From Planctomycetota bacterium (lineage in GTDB: Bacteria; Planctomycetota; PLA2; JAEUHO01): DNA of 64,000 bases. The position numbers were made by a program, and so were the translations under genes. Location: NCBI GenBank assembly GCA_050248855.1, contig JBFWRP010000021.1, positions 1 through 64,000 of the forward strand, written 5' to 3'. The notes beneath the pieces are model-generated. The model was not told where the DNA came from. It did no database searches and saw nothing but the letters and a program-made list of their open reading frames with translations. Positions 17,312 to 27,649 of this stretch are shown here, piece after piece (positions within the stretch are counted from its first letter, which is position 1; the number at the start of each line of letters is the position of its first letter).

Positions 17312-18415
17312 TCAGCGCTGGACGGACACGTAGGCGATCGAATCGCGGATCGTCATGGCGGTGCCCTCCAGAAGGGATGCCCTGCGGAGGGCCTCCAGCA
17401 TCAACGCCGCGTCGGCCTCGCTTGCCCGGCGCGGTGTTCCATCGACGTGGATGCGAAACGGGACGAGGGCGATGTCGAGGCGGTCCGCGTGCAGGCGCAC
17501 GTCGGCCACGATGCAGCGCGCGGCGGTCTCGGGCGGACGACTGCCCAAGCCGAAGAGGAAGTTGCCCAGGCTGGCGAAGGCCACCTGGCCCGGGCGGGTG
17601 ATCACGGCCTGCGGTACATGCGGCCCGTGCCCGACCACGATGTCGGCGCCCGCATCCAAGGCCGCCTCGATCAAGGCGCGATCGTCCGCGTGCGTCGCCT
17701 CGGTCCAGCCGGGGCCCTGGTGAAGGTGCAGCGCGACGACCACGATGTCCCCCCGGGCCTTGGCCGCGGCGACTTCCCCGGCGCCGTCGCACGTGAGCCA
17801 CGTGGCGGCGCCGGCGACCGCGGGGCCCGCATGGAGCTCGGGGCGGTCCATGGCGAGGTAGCTCAGCAGCGTGACGCTCGTGCCGCGTACGTCGACCGTG
17901 TGCGGAGCGCCGGCCGCGTCGGCGTCCGCCCCGGCTCCCTGCGTGGCCATGCCGAGGTCGGCGAGCACGTCACGTGTCTCGAGGAGCCCCTGGGCGCCGC
18001 AGTCCAACACGTGGTTGTTGGCCAGCGTGGCGATCGTCGCTTGACCACGCCGAAGGGTCGCGGCCGTCCATGCCGGTGCGTAGAAGAGCGACTGCTGCGG
18101 CCACGCGGCGCATCCGGCAGGTGTCGATGCGGACGGGCCGAGGACGCCCTCCTGGTTGAACACGAACAGGTCCACGGGATCGAGCAGGTAGCCCACGTCG
18201 GCCAGCGGATCGGTGTCCGCATCCACGAGCACGCGGGCGGAGGTCGTGTCGCCGACGAGCGCGAAGTGCACGAGACCTGCCGCAGGCAGGTCGGGCACCA
18301 GCGGTGGGGGCGTGCCCTCCTCGCCACCGCCCCCGCATCCAGCGGCGAGCACGAGCACGCCCGCGGCCATACCGCGCACCGCCCAGCGAGAGATCCGTGC
18401 GAGAGGCGCGCGCAC
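17312..18415 (-). CDS. CapA (PGA_cap) family metallophosphatase-fold lipoprotein
   Basis: AAGC-GGGG lipobox; LVGD, NQEG, TLANNHVLDCG, ALH, IVVGHGPHVPQ, SLGNFLF; start may be ATG 18370. Confidence 0.88.
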   Translation of the reverse strand: MRAPLARISRWAVRGMAAGVLVLAAGCGGGGEEGTPPPLVPDLPAAGLVHFALVGDTTSARVLVDADTDPLADVGYLLDPVDLFVFNQEGVLGPSASTPAGCAAWPQQSLFYAPAWTAATLRRGQATIATLANNHVLDCGAQGLLETRDVLADLGMATQGAGADADAAGAPHTVDVRGTSVTLLSYLAMDRPELHAGPAVAGAATWLTCDGAGEVAAAKARGDIVVVALHLHQGPGWTEATHADDRALIEAALDAGADIVVGHGPHVPQAVITRPGQVAFASLGNFLFGLGSRPPETAARCIVADVRLHADRLDIALVPFRIHVDGTPRRASEADAALMLEALRRASLLEGTAMTIRDSIAYVSVQR

Positions 18416-18746
18416 GCTACTTCGGACCCCACCACGGCCGGCTGTGCACGCCATCGCGTGCATACGGAATGCCCCGTGCCGAGCACGACCAAGTCGTCGC
18501 CGGCCTCGGGGGGCGCAGGAACGCAATGGGCGGTGCACCGCGCTCCATCGCAGCAACGCCTGACCGCGCATCCACGCCGAGCTCATGCGCCCCAGTCTAC
18601 GCCCTGGTTCGAGAGGCCCGCGGCGGAGTGGACCGCGGCGTTCGCCGTGACCGGCGTTTCGGCGTGCGGTACGGAAGCGACCGAGCGGTTGCGGAAGTCG
18701 GTACGCGTCTCCGTCCCGCGGGCCGCCCGCACGACTCCGTGCTGCC

Positions 18747-19349
18747 TCAACGTGCCTCGGCTCGCTCCCGCCAGCGGCGCAAGAACCAGTCCACCAGCTC
18801 CAGGAGATCGCCCTCCTCGGGCTCACGGGCCACTGGTGAGAGCGCCGTGGGGAAGGCCGCGGCCACGGCGTGCAGCAGGACGCGTGCGTCCCGCTCGGCG
18901 TCTTCGAGGCCCAGCTCGCCGCGCCGCGCCCCCTCGTCGAGCAGGCGCCGGATCGTCTGCAGCATGGTGGCGCCCTCCTCGCGAAGCCGGTCCGGGGCCA
19001 CGCGCAAGACCGCCTCGGTGACCTCCCGCGCGAAGGGCGTGCCCAGGCGTGTCGCCTTCGAAGCGCGGAAGCGGTGCAGCAAGTACGTGCGCAGCTTCTC
19101 GCCTGCCGGGGCCGTGGAGGCGAGGGCCTCGCGGACCGCCTCGTCGTGTTCGGCACGGAAGCCCTCGACGGCCGCCAGGACGAGCTCGTCCTTGCCGGGG
19201 TAGTAGAGGTACAGCGTGCCCACGGCGACACCCGCATGCTCTGCGATCTCGCGCATCGACGTCTTCTTCACGCCGTACCGGCGGAACAGCTCGCGGGCGG
19301 CCTCGCGGATGGCGACGCGCTTGGCGGCCTCGTCGCCCGACGCCGTCAT
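18747..19349 (-). CDS. TetR/AcrR family transcriptional regulator
   Basis: AARELFRRYGVKKTSMREIAEHAGVAVGTLYLYY; ATGA overlap with the P450 stop. Confidence 0.95.
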   Translation of the reverse strand: MTASGDEAAKRVAIREAARELFRRYGVKKTSMREIAEHAGVAVGTLYLYYPGKDELVLAAVEGFRAEHDEAVREALASTAPAGEKLRTYLLHRFRASKATRLGTPFAREVTEAVLRVAPDRLREEGATMLQTIRRLLDEGARRGELGLEDAERDARVLLHAVAAAFPTALSPVAREPEEGDLLELVDWFLRRWRERAEAR

Positions 19350-20707
19350 CGGTCCCTCGGTACGAGCAGGAGGGGAAGCGCTCCGCGCGGACGCAGCGTG
19401 AACGTCGGGTCGGGCTCGGGACGTGGCCCTGAGGGTTGCATCGTGTAGCGCTGGAGGATCGTGGCCAGGATGAGCGGTGCTTCGAGCAGGGCCAGCTGCC
19501 GCCCGATGCACACGCGGGCACCCCCCCCGAAGGGGAACCATGCGAAGCGGGGACGCGCGGCCGAGGGCTCCGGGTCGAAGCGCGACGGGTCGAAGCGCTC
19601 CGGCTCGGGCCACCACCGGGGGTGGCGGTGGACGAGCCACTGCGACGTCGTGACGAGCATGCGGCGCGGCAACCGGTACCCGTCCACGACGTCCTCGGCG
19701 AGGGCCTTGCGGGGCTGGCCCCATGCCGGCGGATAGAGGCGCAGGGTCTCGTCGAACACCTGCCGGGTCAGCCGCAGCGAGGGCACGTCCTCCACGGCGG
19801 GCATGCGCGCACCCACGACCCCGTCGATCTCGGCATGCACGCGGGACAGCACGTCGGGGTGTTCGGCCAAGAGGCGCAGCGTCCACGCCAGCGCCGCGGC
19901 CGAGGTGTCGTGTCCCGCGATCAGGAGCGTGATCATCTCGTCGATCAGCTCGCCTTCGCCGAACGCCTGGCCGTCCTCGTCGCGCGCGGCGATCAACCGG
20001 CCCAGCAGGTCATTCCCCTCGCCGCCCTCCTTGCGGCGTGCCGCCAGGATGTCGCGCATGAGCTGGCGCAGGGTGTTGCGCGCCTTGCGCAGGCGAAGGT
20101 TGCCGGGCGTGGGCACCCAGAGCGGGAGGGGAGGGGCGCCGGAGAGCCGTGCTCCCAAGCACGCGAAGGCCTCGCGCAAGGCACCTCCGAACGCGGCGGC
20201 GTGATGCTCGAGGTCGGTGCCGAAGAACACCCGGGAGGCCACGCGAAGCGTGAGCTCGTTCAGCTCGGCGAGCATGTCACGCGGCTGATCCGGCCGCGCC
20301 GCGCCCCAGCTCGCGACATGGGCGGCCGCCGCGGCGACGATCGAAGGGCCCATGTCGAGCAGTCGCTCGCGCTGGAACGTCGGCGCCAGGAGCCGGCGCT
20401 TGCGCTTCCAGGCGTCGCCCTCGCTGCTGAAGACGCCGCCGCCGAACAAGGGGCGCACGATCTTCAGGAAGATGGCCGGCTTCTCGTACGCGCTCTGGTT
20501 GCGGGCGAGGACGTGCTCGACGCCGTCGGGCGAGGCCACCACGACCATGCGCACGAGGCCGCCGAGCATCCGCACCCCGAACACGTCGCCGTGCGCGCGG
20601 TGCAGTCGCTCGTACAGCCCGAGGGGGTTGCGGGCGAACTCGCGAATCGACACGTGCCGGGGCCAGGGGATCTCGCGACCCGGCGAGGGGGGCGGGGGGG
20701 CGTTCAT
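19346..20707 (-). CDS. cytochrome P450
   Basis: AGHDTS (I helix), ETLRLYPP (ExxR), PERFDPSRF, FGGGARVCIG heme ligand. Confidence 0.97.
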   Translation of the reverse strand: MNAPPPPSPGREIPWPRHVSIREFARNPLGLYERLHRAHGDVFGVRMLGGLVRMVVVASPDGVEHVLARNQSAYEKPAIFLKIVRPLFGGGVFSSEGDAWKRKRRLLAPTFQRERLLDMGPSIVAAAAAHVASWGAARPDQPRDMLAELNELTLRVASRVFFGTDLEHHAAAFGGALREAFACLGARLSGAPPLPLWVPTPGNLRLRKARNTLRQLMRDILAARRKEGGEGNDLLGRLIAARDEDGQAFGEGELIDEMITLLIAGHDTSAAALAWTLRLLAEHPDVLSRVHAEIDGVVGARMPAVEDVPSLRLTRQVFDETLRLYPPAWGQPRKALAEDVVDGYRLPRRMLVTTSQWLVHRHPRWWPEPERFDPSRFDPEPSAARPRFAWFPFGGGARVCIGRQLALLEAPLILATILQRYTMQPSGPRPEPDPTFTLRPRGALPLLLVPRDR

Positions 20708-20742
20708 GAACATAAGACGTAATCGTTCATTGTTCATTTTCA
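20702..20742. promoter_or_regulatory. putative TetR operator/promoter of the P450 operon
   Basis: AT-rich island with GTTCATGAAC palindrome, ATGAAC-N13-GTTCAT inverted repeat and a further GTTCAT copy. Confidence 0.65.
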
Positions 20743-20968
20743 AGGAATGTCGCGGGCGTCACTCCTTCCAAGCCCGGAAAACAGGGCTCCGAAGCACCCC
20801 GGAATTCCGGGGTCGTGGGCATTGGCCGTCCTGTCCGAGCCATCGGCCGTCCGGGGTTGAGGCGGCGAGGCGCTTGGCACGTGGCACCGCGCGGGCCGGG
20901 GACTGTCGTGCGGTGTCGACTCCATCCCGTTGTCGGGTCGTGCGGGCGGTGCTAGAACGCGGTCGAGC

Positions 20969-21442
20969 ATGCGAGGGACCGCCCACGTCGTTGCCGTACT
21001 CGCCTGGGCCATGGTCCAGATCCCTCTGCTGTTTTGCACCACCGAGTGCCGCGCCGGCGTGACCTTCGCCGTGCTGGCCGGCCACCACGCATGCCATGAC
21101 GAAGAAGCGCAGGGCCATCAAGCCCGGTGCACCAAGCACGGCCATGCGGGCCACGCCCACTGTCATGCCCACGACGACGCGCACGAGGGCGGGCCGGCGC
21201 CGGACGACGAACCGGAGTGCGGCCGACATGTCCTCGGCTTCGTGAGCTGCCTGACGAGCTCGCCCCCGGTCGCTTTGCCGGCGCCGTCCCGTGCGATGGG
21301 GGACCCGGGGCTTCCCGGCGGTTCGCCGCTGTCGGGCATGGGGTCCGGTGCCTGCGAAGGGGGGTGGCCGACCGGCGACGTCCCCGAGGTCCTTCCACCC
21401 ACGCACGATCCCGTCGGCGCCGCCGAGCGCCTCCTCCTCTAG
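20969..21442 (+). CDS. His/Cys-rich small protein upstream of metal efflux operon (CzcI/DUF2946-like position)
   Basis: Hydrophobic N-terminus, then HHACH...CTKHGHAGHAHCHAHDDAH. Confidence 0.7.
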   Translation: MRGTAHVVAVLAWAMVQIPLLFCTTECRAGVTFAVLAGHHACHDEEAQGHQARCTKHGHAGHAHCHAHDDAHEGGPAPDDEPECGRHVLGFVSCLTSSPPVALPAPSRAMGDPGLPGGSPLSGMGSGACEGGWPTGDVPEVLPPTHDPVGAAERLLL

Positions 21443-21518
21443 TCGCCCCTCGCGCGTCGCACGTCCCGGCCCTGCCGGGAAGGTGCGTGTCGAACGTGGA
21501 CCGCGACTCGAGGACCGC

Positions 21519-22907
21519 ATGTACCGCTTGTTCCCCGCAACCGCCCTGGCGGGGGCTCTGCTCCTGGGAGCCTGCCGCTCTGCTCCACCCTACCGGCCGG
21601 CGCCGGTTGATCTCCGGGCAAGCTTGCGCACGTGGACGATGCGCGTTCCTGATGCGCCCGGCGTCCGTGCGTACGCGGCCACGCTGGCTCGGCTCGCGCC
21701 CACGCAGCCCGGGCCGTACGACCCGACCGACGGCCTGACGCTGGCCGAGGCCGAGGTCGTGGCCCTGTTCTTCAACCCCGGCTTGCGCATGGCACGTCTC
21801 GAGGCGCGTGTGCCCGCACTGGCCGCGCGCCAGGCCGGTCGCCCGCCCGACCCACGCCTCCAACTGGACGTGCTGCGCATCGTGGAGAGCGTGGCATCGC
21901 CCTGGATCCTGGCCTCGGGCCTGCAGCTGACGGTTCCCGTTGCCGGGCGCCTCGGGGCCGAGCGGGCCCACGCGCTCGCCGAAGCCGACGTCGCACGGCG
22001 CGAGGCCTACGCCGCCGAGGTCGAGACCATCGCGACGCTGCGCGAGGCGTGGAACACCTGGTCCGCGGTGGGCGAGCGCGTTGCCCTCGTGAGCGCCCAT
22101 CTCGAGGGACTCGGGGGCGTGCTCGGCCTGGCCCGCGCGCAGCGCGAAGGCAACCAGATCGGCGAACCCGAGCTGCGCGTGCTCGAGATCGAGCGCGTGC
22201 GCAGCCAGGGGCGCCTGGAAGCCCTGCAGCGCGAAGGCCAGCGGCACGAGCTGGCGCTCAAGCGCTTGATGGGCCTGGCGCCGGAGGCCGCGGTCGCGCT
22301 GGTGCCGTCGTTCACAGCCGATGCCGAACCGCTCGACGTGGCCACCGAGCGCGAGCGCCTGCGGGAGGCGAGCCCCGCCCTCGCCTTGGCCCATGCGCGT
22401 CATGTGGAAAGCGAGCGGTCGCTCCGCCTCGCGATGCTCGAGCGGCAAGACGACGCGAGCCTCGCTCCCCTTGTCGAGTCCGAAGACGGCGAAGCACGCC
22501 TCGGCGGAACGCTCGACATCCCCCTCGTCGTGGGCGATGGCAACCGCCAGGCCATTGCGGAGGCCCTCGCCCGCAGGGATGCGGCGCGCGGCACGCTCGA
22601 GGCCCGGCAGGACGACCTGATGGGAGAGCTGGCCGATCGCCACGCGGCGTGGGAGGCCGCCAAGGCGCGCGACGCCTGGGTCCGCGAGCACGTCGCGCCC
22701 CTTGCCGACCAGCAGCTGGCCGAGCTCCAGACCCTCGGCGAGCTCGGCGATCTCGATGTGCTCATCCTCAAGGATGCGCTTACGAGCCTCCTGGAGGCCA
22801 AGGAGGAGCTGCTGGACGCGCGCTTGGAGCGCGCGCAGGCCAGCGCACGCATCCACACCCTCGTGACCCCCCTTCGCACGCCCTACATGGAGGCAAGCCC
22901 GCGATGA
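21519..22907 (+). CDS. TolC-family outer membrane efflux protein (CzcC-like)
   Basis: LLLGAC lipobox; LTLAEA..AL..NP, PDP, helical repeats, GELGDLDVL; first gene of the RND triad. Confidence 0.88.
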   Translation: MYRLFPATALAGALLLGACRSAPPYRPAPVDLRASLRTWTMRVPDAPGVRAYAATLARLAPTQPGPYDPTDGLTLAEAEVVALFFNPGLRMARLEARVPALAARQAGRPPDPRLQLDVLRIVESVASPWILASGLQLTVPVAGRLGAERAHALAEADVARREAYAAEVETIATLREAWNTWSAVGERVALVSAHLEGLGGVLGLARAQREGNQIGEPELRVLEIERVRSQGRLEALQREGQRHELALKRLMGLAPEAAVALVPSFTADAEPLDVATERERLREASPALALAHARHVESERSLRLAMLERQDDASLAPLVESEDGEARLGGTLDIPLVVGDGNRQAIAEALARRDAARGTLEARQDDLMGELADRHAAWEAAKARDAWVREHVAPLADQQLAELQTLGELGDLDVLILKDALTSLLEAKEELLDARLERAQASARIHTLVTPLRTPYMEASPR

Positions 22908-24403
22908 GATACCACCTGTCCATCGGGTCGTGGCGCGCCGCCAGCGGGGCGATGCTGCTGATGCTGTCGGCCTGTGGGCGCGAACCTGCGCCCGCGCCGG
23001 CCGGCGACGTGCATGCCGAGGCGGCTGCGACCATCACCAACCGCATCGACATCCCGCCGGCGGTCCGCAAGAACCTGGGCATCACCTTTGCCACCGTCGC
23101 ATCGCGTGCCGTCACCCAGACGGCCCGCGTCCCGGGCCACTTCGAGCTGACGCCGGCAGCCCATCGGGCATACGCCGCGACGCTTTCTGGCCAGATCGAG
23201 CTGCAGGTGGAGCAGTACCAACACGTCGAGAAGGGCGATGTCCTGTTCCGCATGGAGTCGGCCGCATGGCACGAGATGCAACGCGAGCTGGCCGCGACCG
23301 TGAACGCGATCCGCAAGGCGCACGCCGAGCTTGCGGGGGTCGATGCGCGCATCGTTGCGGTGCGCGGCCATGCCGAGGGCCTGCGAGCCCAGCGTGACAT
23401 CTGGAAGGAACGCCTGGAGCAGATCGCCGGCATCGGGGCGGCCGGCGGAGGCGTGGCGACCGCACGCACCGAGGCGCGCGCGGCGCTGGCCGCGGCCGAG
23501 ACCTCGCTGGCCGAAGTGGCCGAAGAGGAAGCCGAGCTGGCAGGAGCGGCCGGTGCCCTCGATGCCGAGCTCCGAGGCCACCAAGAGGCCACGCCGCGCC
23601 TCTACGCAGACGCTCTGGGGACCCCGCTGCCCACGGATTCGTCCGCCCGGCTGGACCTCGCCCTCGCGCGCGCCGCAGCCCTCGTGGGTCTCACGGTCGA
23701 TGCGCTGTGCGCGCCGGAGCCGGGCGCGCAGCGCGTGCCCCGATGGCGCGCGCTGGACCGGCTCGAGGTCACGGCGACCGAAGACGGTGTCGTGGAGTCC
23801 CTGGAGGTCGCCACCGGCGCCTGGGTCGAGACCGGCCAGCTGGTGCTCGAGACGGTGGACCCTACCCGGCTTCGCTTCCGCGCCGCGGGCCTGCAGGCTG
23901 ATCTCGCAAGCCTGCGGGAGGGGATGCGCGGCCTCGTGCTGCCGCCGGGTGGCCACGCGAGCGCGATCGACCAGGGTCTTGCCGGCACCATCCACATCGC
24001 CTTGGAGGCCGATCCGCTGGCGCGCAAGATCGACCTGCTGCTGACGCCCCAGGGTGACCAGCACCCGTCGTGGGCGCGGGGCGGCGTGTCCACCGAGCTC
24101 GAGCTCGTGCTGGCCGAGTCCGCGGAACCGGAGCTCGCGATTCCCGTCCAGTCCGTGATCCAAGATGGCTTGCACAAGATCTTCTTCCGCCGCGATCCCA
24201 AGAACCCCGACAAGGTGATCCGCGTCGAGGCCGACCTGGGTCGTTCCGACGGGCGCTGGGTGGTCGTCGAGAGTGGCGTCATGGAGGGCGACGAGGTCGT
24301 CCTCCATGGTGTGTACGAGCTGATGCTCGCCAGCGGCGGAGCCAAGGCGACCGGCGGCCACTTCCATGCCGACGGCACGTGGCACGAAGGCCCGGACCAC
24401 TAG
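22904..24403 (+). CDS. RND periplasmic adaptor (CzcB-like)
   Basis: ATGA overlap; LSAC lipobox; VEKGDVLF lipoyl half, AIPVQSV, GVMEGDEVV; His-rich C-terminus. Confidence 0.9.
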   Translation: MRYHLSIGSWRAASGAMLLMLSACGREPAPAPAGDVHAEAAATITNRIDIPPAVRKNLGITFATVASRAVTQTARVPGHFELTPAAHRAYAATLSGQIELQVEQYQHVEKGDVLFRMESAAWHEMQRELAATVNAIRKAHAELAGVDARIVAVRGHAEGLRAQRDIWKERLEQIAGIGAAGGGVATARTEARAALAAAETSLAEVAEEEAELAGAAGALDAELRGHQEATPRLYADALGTPLPTDSSARLDLALARAAALVGLTVDALCAPEPGAQRVPRWRALDRLEVTATEDGVVESLEVATGAWVETGQLVLETVDPTRLRFRAAGLQADLASLREGMRGLVLPPGGHASAIDQGLAGTIHIALEADPLARKIDLLLTPQGDQHPSWARGGVSTELELVLAESAEPELAIPVQSVIQDGLHKIFFRRDPKNPDKVIRVEADLGRSDGRWVVVESGVMEGDEVVLHGVYELMLASGGAKATGGHFHADGTWHEGPDH

Positions 24404-24412
24404 GGCGCCGAC

Positions 24413-27400
24413 ATGCTGCAGAAGCTGATCCGATTCTCGCTCGACAACTCCGCGCTCGTGCTCGTCGCTGCGGCGCTCGTGCTCGGCTTGTCGATCTACC
24501 AGGTCGAGAACGCTCCGGTGGACGTGTTCCCCGAGCTGAATGCCCCGACCGTCGTCGTGCTCACGGAGGCTGCGGGCTTCGCGGCGGACGAGGTCGAGCA
24601 GTTCGTGACGTTCCCCATCGAGAGCGCCGTCAACGGCTTGCCCGGCGTGCGTCGCGTGCGAAGCAGCAGTGCGATCGGGCTCTCGATCGTGTGGGTGGAG
24701 TTCGACTGGGGCGCCGACATCTACACGGCTCGTTATCTGGTCTCCGAGCGCCTCACCATTGCCGACGAGAGCCTGCCGGACGGCGTGACCCCGCAGATCA
24801 CGCCCGTGACCAGCATCACGGGCGAGATCATGCTGATCTCTCTGGGCGCCGAGGTCGACGCGGAGGGGAGACCACGCATCGACCCGATGCGCCTGCGCTC
24901 GTACGCCGAGTTCGACCTGCGCAACCACTTGTTGGCCGTGCCCGGCGTCTCGCAAGTGGTGGCGCTCGGCGGCGAGCTGCCTGAGTACCAGGTCAACGTG
25001 GACCAGACACGGCTGCGTCTCCACGGACTCGCGATCCAGGACGTCATCGAGGCCGCGCGCAAGGCGCACAGCACGGCGGGCGCCGGGTACCTGCCTGACG
25101 TAAGCGGGCTCGAGATCCCCCTGCGGCAGACAGGACGCGTGCGCGGCGTGGCCGACATCCAGGGCACGCCGATCCGCTACGTCGACGGCGCGCCGGTCAC
25201 GATCGGCCAAGTCGCGGACGTGACCCTCGGCGGGGCGCCCCAGCGCGGGACGGCGTCCCAGGAGGGCCGTCCGGCGGTCGTCCTCAGTGTCCAGAAGGCG
25301 CCTGGGACCAACACGCTGGCACTGACCCAACAGATCGACGACAAGCTGGACCAGGTCGAGTCGGGCCTGCCGGAAGGCATGGTGCTCGATCGGCACGTGA
25401 TGCGGCAGTCCGACTTCATCCGGCGCAGCCTGAAGCAGGTAACGCACGTGGGGCGCGATGCCGCCCTGATCGTGGCGGTGATCCTGGCCCTGTTCCTGAT
25501 GAACATCCGGGCCACGATCATCACGTTGGTCACGATTCCCCTGTCCATCGGGCTGGCCCTGCTCACACTGCAGGGTCGCGGCGCGACGATCAACGTCATG
25601 ACGCTCGGCGGATTGGCCATCGCCATCGGCGAGATCGTCGACGACAGCATCATCGACGTGGAGAACGTCTTCCGACGACTGCGGGAGAACAGGAGGCTGC
25701 CGAAGGCCGAGCGCCTGCCACTGACCGAGGTCATCTTCCACGCCAGCAACGAGATCCGCAGCTCGATCGTGTTCGCCACGATCATCATCGTGATGGTCTT
25801 CGTGCCGCTCTTGTTCCTGCAGGGTCTCGAGGGGCGGTTCTTCCGACCGCTCGGCACCATGTACATCACCAGCATCCTGGCGTCGTTGTTCGTGGCTCTC
25901 ACCGTGACGCCCGCGCTGTGCAAGTACCTCTTCCGCGGCCAGATGAAGCTCAAGGAACACCAAGACGGACTGCTCGTGCGCGGGCTCAAGCGGATCTACG
26001 AGCCCGCCGTGCGCCTCGCGGTGCGGTGGCGCAAGACGGTCCTCGCGGGGTGCTTGGCGGTAGCAGGGCTGTTCGTGGCGTTTGCCGGGACGTTCGGGTC
26101 GAGCTTCCTGCCGGAGTTCAACGAGGGCACCTTCACCGTGTTCCTCATGGCGCCGCCTGGGACCTCGCTGGCCGAGAGCGACCGCCTTGGTGTGGGCGTG
26201 GAGATGCGCCTGGCCGAGATCGATGGCGTCCGCCATGTCGTCAGGCGCACCGGTCGGGCCGAGCGCGACGAGCACGCCGAGCCGGTGAGCAGCAGCGAGA
26301 TCGAGGTGGGGGTCGCGCCCGGCTACGAGCGCCACGCGGTGCGTCGCGAGATCGACAAGGTCCTGGGAGCGATCCCCGGGATCACGACCATGGTCGGCCA
26401 ACCCATCGAGCATCGGATGTCGCACGTGATGTCGGGCACGCCGGCGGCCGTGGCCATCAGCGTGTTCGGCGAGGACTTGCCGACGCTCCGCGTGATTGCC
26501 AAGCGGATCGAGAGCGAGCTCGAGCAGCTACCCGGCGCCCGCGACGTGAATGCCCAGCGCGAGGTGATGATCAGCACCTTGCCCATCCGGTACCGGCCCG
26601 AGGCGCTGGCGCGGTGGGGCCTGAGCGCGGTCGATGCCGCCGAGCAGGTCAAGGCTGCCGTGTTCGGTGAGTCGGTCGCCTCGGTCAACGAGGGCGTGCG
26701 CCTCTACGACCTCGTCGTCCGCCTGGCACCCGACCAACGCCAGTCCGTGGAGCAGGTCAAGGACCTGCTGCTACGTGGCGAGGGCGGGGCCCTGGTGCGA
26801 CTGCGCGAGGTGGCCGACATCGGGATCGAGCGCGCGTCCAACCTCATTGCCCGCGAGAATGCCCAGCGAAAGGCCGTCGTGTCGGCCAACGTCGCGGAAG
26901 GCCACAACCTGGGCCATCTCGTGCAGGCGATCCGCAAGAGGGTCGACCCGATCGTCGCAGAGTACGGCTACACGGTGCACTACGGCGGGCAGTTCGAGGC
27001 GCAGCAGTCTGCGTCTCGCACCATCTACGTGATGGGGGGCGCCGTCGCCGTCCTGATGCTGTTGCTCCTGGGCATGGCGCTCAAGTCCACCCGCGCGGCG
27101 CTGCTCGTCATGGTCAATCTGCCGCTCGCGCTGATCGGCGGCATCGCGGCCGTGTTCTTGGCCGAGTCGCCCGCTCCGCTGCAGCAGATCGGTGCGTTGC
27201 TCGGCTTCGGCGGCACGTACCAGGCGCCGGTCCTGTCGGTCGCCAGCATGGTGGGCTTCGTGACCCTCTTCGGCATTGCCGTGCGCAACGGCATCCTCTT
27301 GGTCAACCACTATCGGCATCTGATGGAGCTCGAGGGGCGCACCTTGGAGCAGGCCATCCTCCTCGGCTCCATGGAGCGCTTGGTGCCGATCCTGATGACG

Positions 27401-27649
27401 GCCCTGACGGCTGCCTTGGGCCTGATCCCCATGGCCATGGCCGCCGGCGAGCCCGGCAGCGAGCTCTTGGCACCCCTGGGCGTGGTCGTCCTGGGAGGCC
27501 TGATCACCTCGACCTTCCTGAACCTGATCGTGGTGCCGGCTGGCTACTCCCTCGTGTTCCGAGGGAACCCGCGCCTGCCGCACCTCTCCGAGATCGAGGA
27601 GCGGGTCGAGGCCACTCACGACGACAACAACGAGGAGTCGAACCCATGA
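24413..27649 (+). CDS. heavy-metal RND permease (CzcA/CusA family)
   Basis: 1078 aa; VDVFPE, VTFPIE, NVMTLGGLAIAIGEIVDDSIIDVEN, FLPEFNEG, ERLVPILMTA. Confidence 0.96.
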   Translation: MLQKLIRFSLDNSALVLVAAALVLGLSIYQVENAPVDVFPELNAPTVVVLTEAAGFAADEVEQFVTFPIESAVNGLPGVRRVRSSSAIGLSIVWVEFDWGADIYTARYLVSERLTIADESLPDGVTPQITPVTSITGEIMLISLGAEVDAEGRPRIDPMRLRSYAEFDLRNHLLAVPGVSQVVALGGELPEYQVNVDQTRLRLHGLAIQDVIEAARKAHSTAGAGYLPDVSGLEIPLRQTGRVRGVADIQGTPIRYVDGAPVTIGQVADVTLGGAPQRGTASQEGRPAVVLSVQKAPGTNTLALTQQIDDKLDQVESGLPEGMVLDRHVMRQSDFIRRSLKQVTHVGRDAALIVAVILALFLMNIRATIITLVTIPLSIGLALLTLQGRGATINVMTLGGLAIAIGEIVDDSIIDVENVFRRLRENRRLPKAERLPLTEVIFHASNEIRSSIVFATIIIVMVFVPLLFLQGLEGRFFRPLGTMYITSILASLFVALTVTPALCKYLFRGQMKLKEHQDGLLVRGLKRIYEPAVRLAVRWRKTVLAGCLAVAGLFVAFAGTFGSSFLPEFNEGTFTVFLMAPPGTSLAESDRLGVGVEMRLAEIDGVRHVVRRTGRAERDEHAEPVSSSEIEVGVAPGYERHAVRREIDKVLGAIPGITTMVGQPIEHRMSHVMSGTPAAVAISVFGEDLPTLRVIAKRIESELEQLPGARDVNAQREVMISTLPIRYRPEALARWGLSAVDAAEQVKAAVFGESVASVNEGVRLYDLVVRLAPDQRQSVEQVKDLLLRGEGGALVRLREVADIGIERASNLIARENAQRKAVVSANVAEGHNLGHLVQAIRKRVDPIVAEYGYTVHYGGQFEAQQSASRTIYVMGGAVAVLMLLLLGMALKSTRAALLVMVNLPLALIGGIAAVFLAESPAPLQQIGALLGFGGTYQAPVLSVASMVGFVTLFGIAVRNGILLVNHYRHLMELEGRTLEQAILLGSMERLVPILMTALTAALGLIPMAMAAGEPGSELLAPLGVVVLGGLITSTFLNLIVVPAGYSLVFRGNPRLPHLSEIEERVEATHDDNNEESNP

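Noticed and set aside
17312..18415. Poly-gamma-glutamate capsule locus
   Set aside because: Only a CapA-domain gene is present; capB and capC are absent from the window.
22883..26425. 1180-aa antisense ORF and many similar long shadow ORFs (e.g. 3779-5938, 30902-33421, 5973-8855)
   Set aside because: They lie opposite or out of frame to genes with clear motifs, have Arg/Ala/Gly/Pro-rich composition, and are expected from stop-codon scarcity in high-GC DNA.
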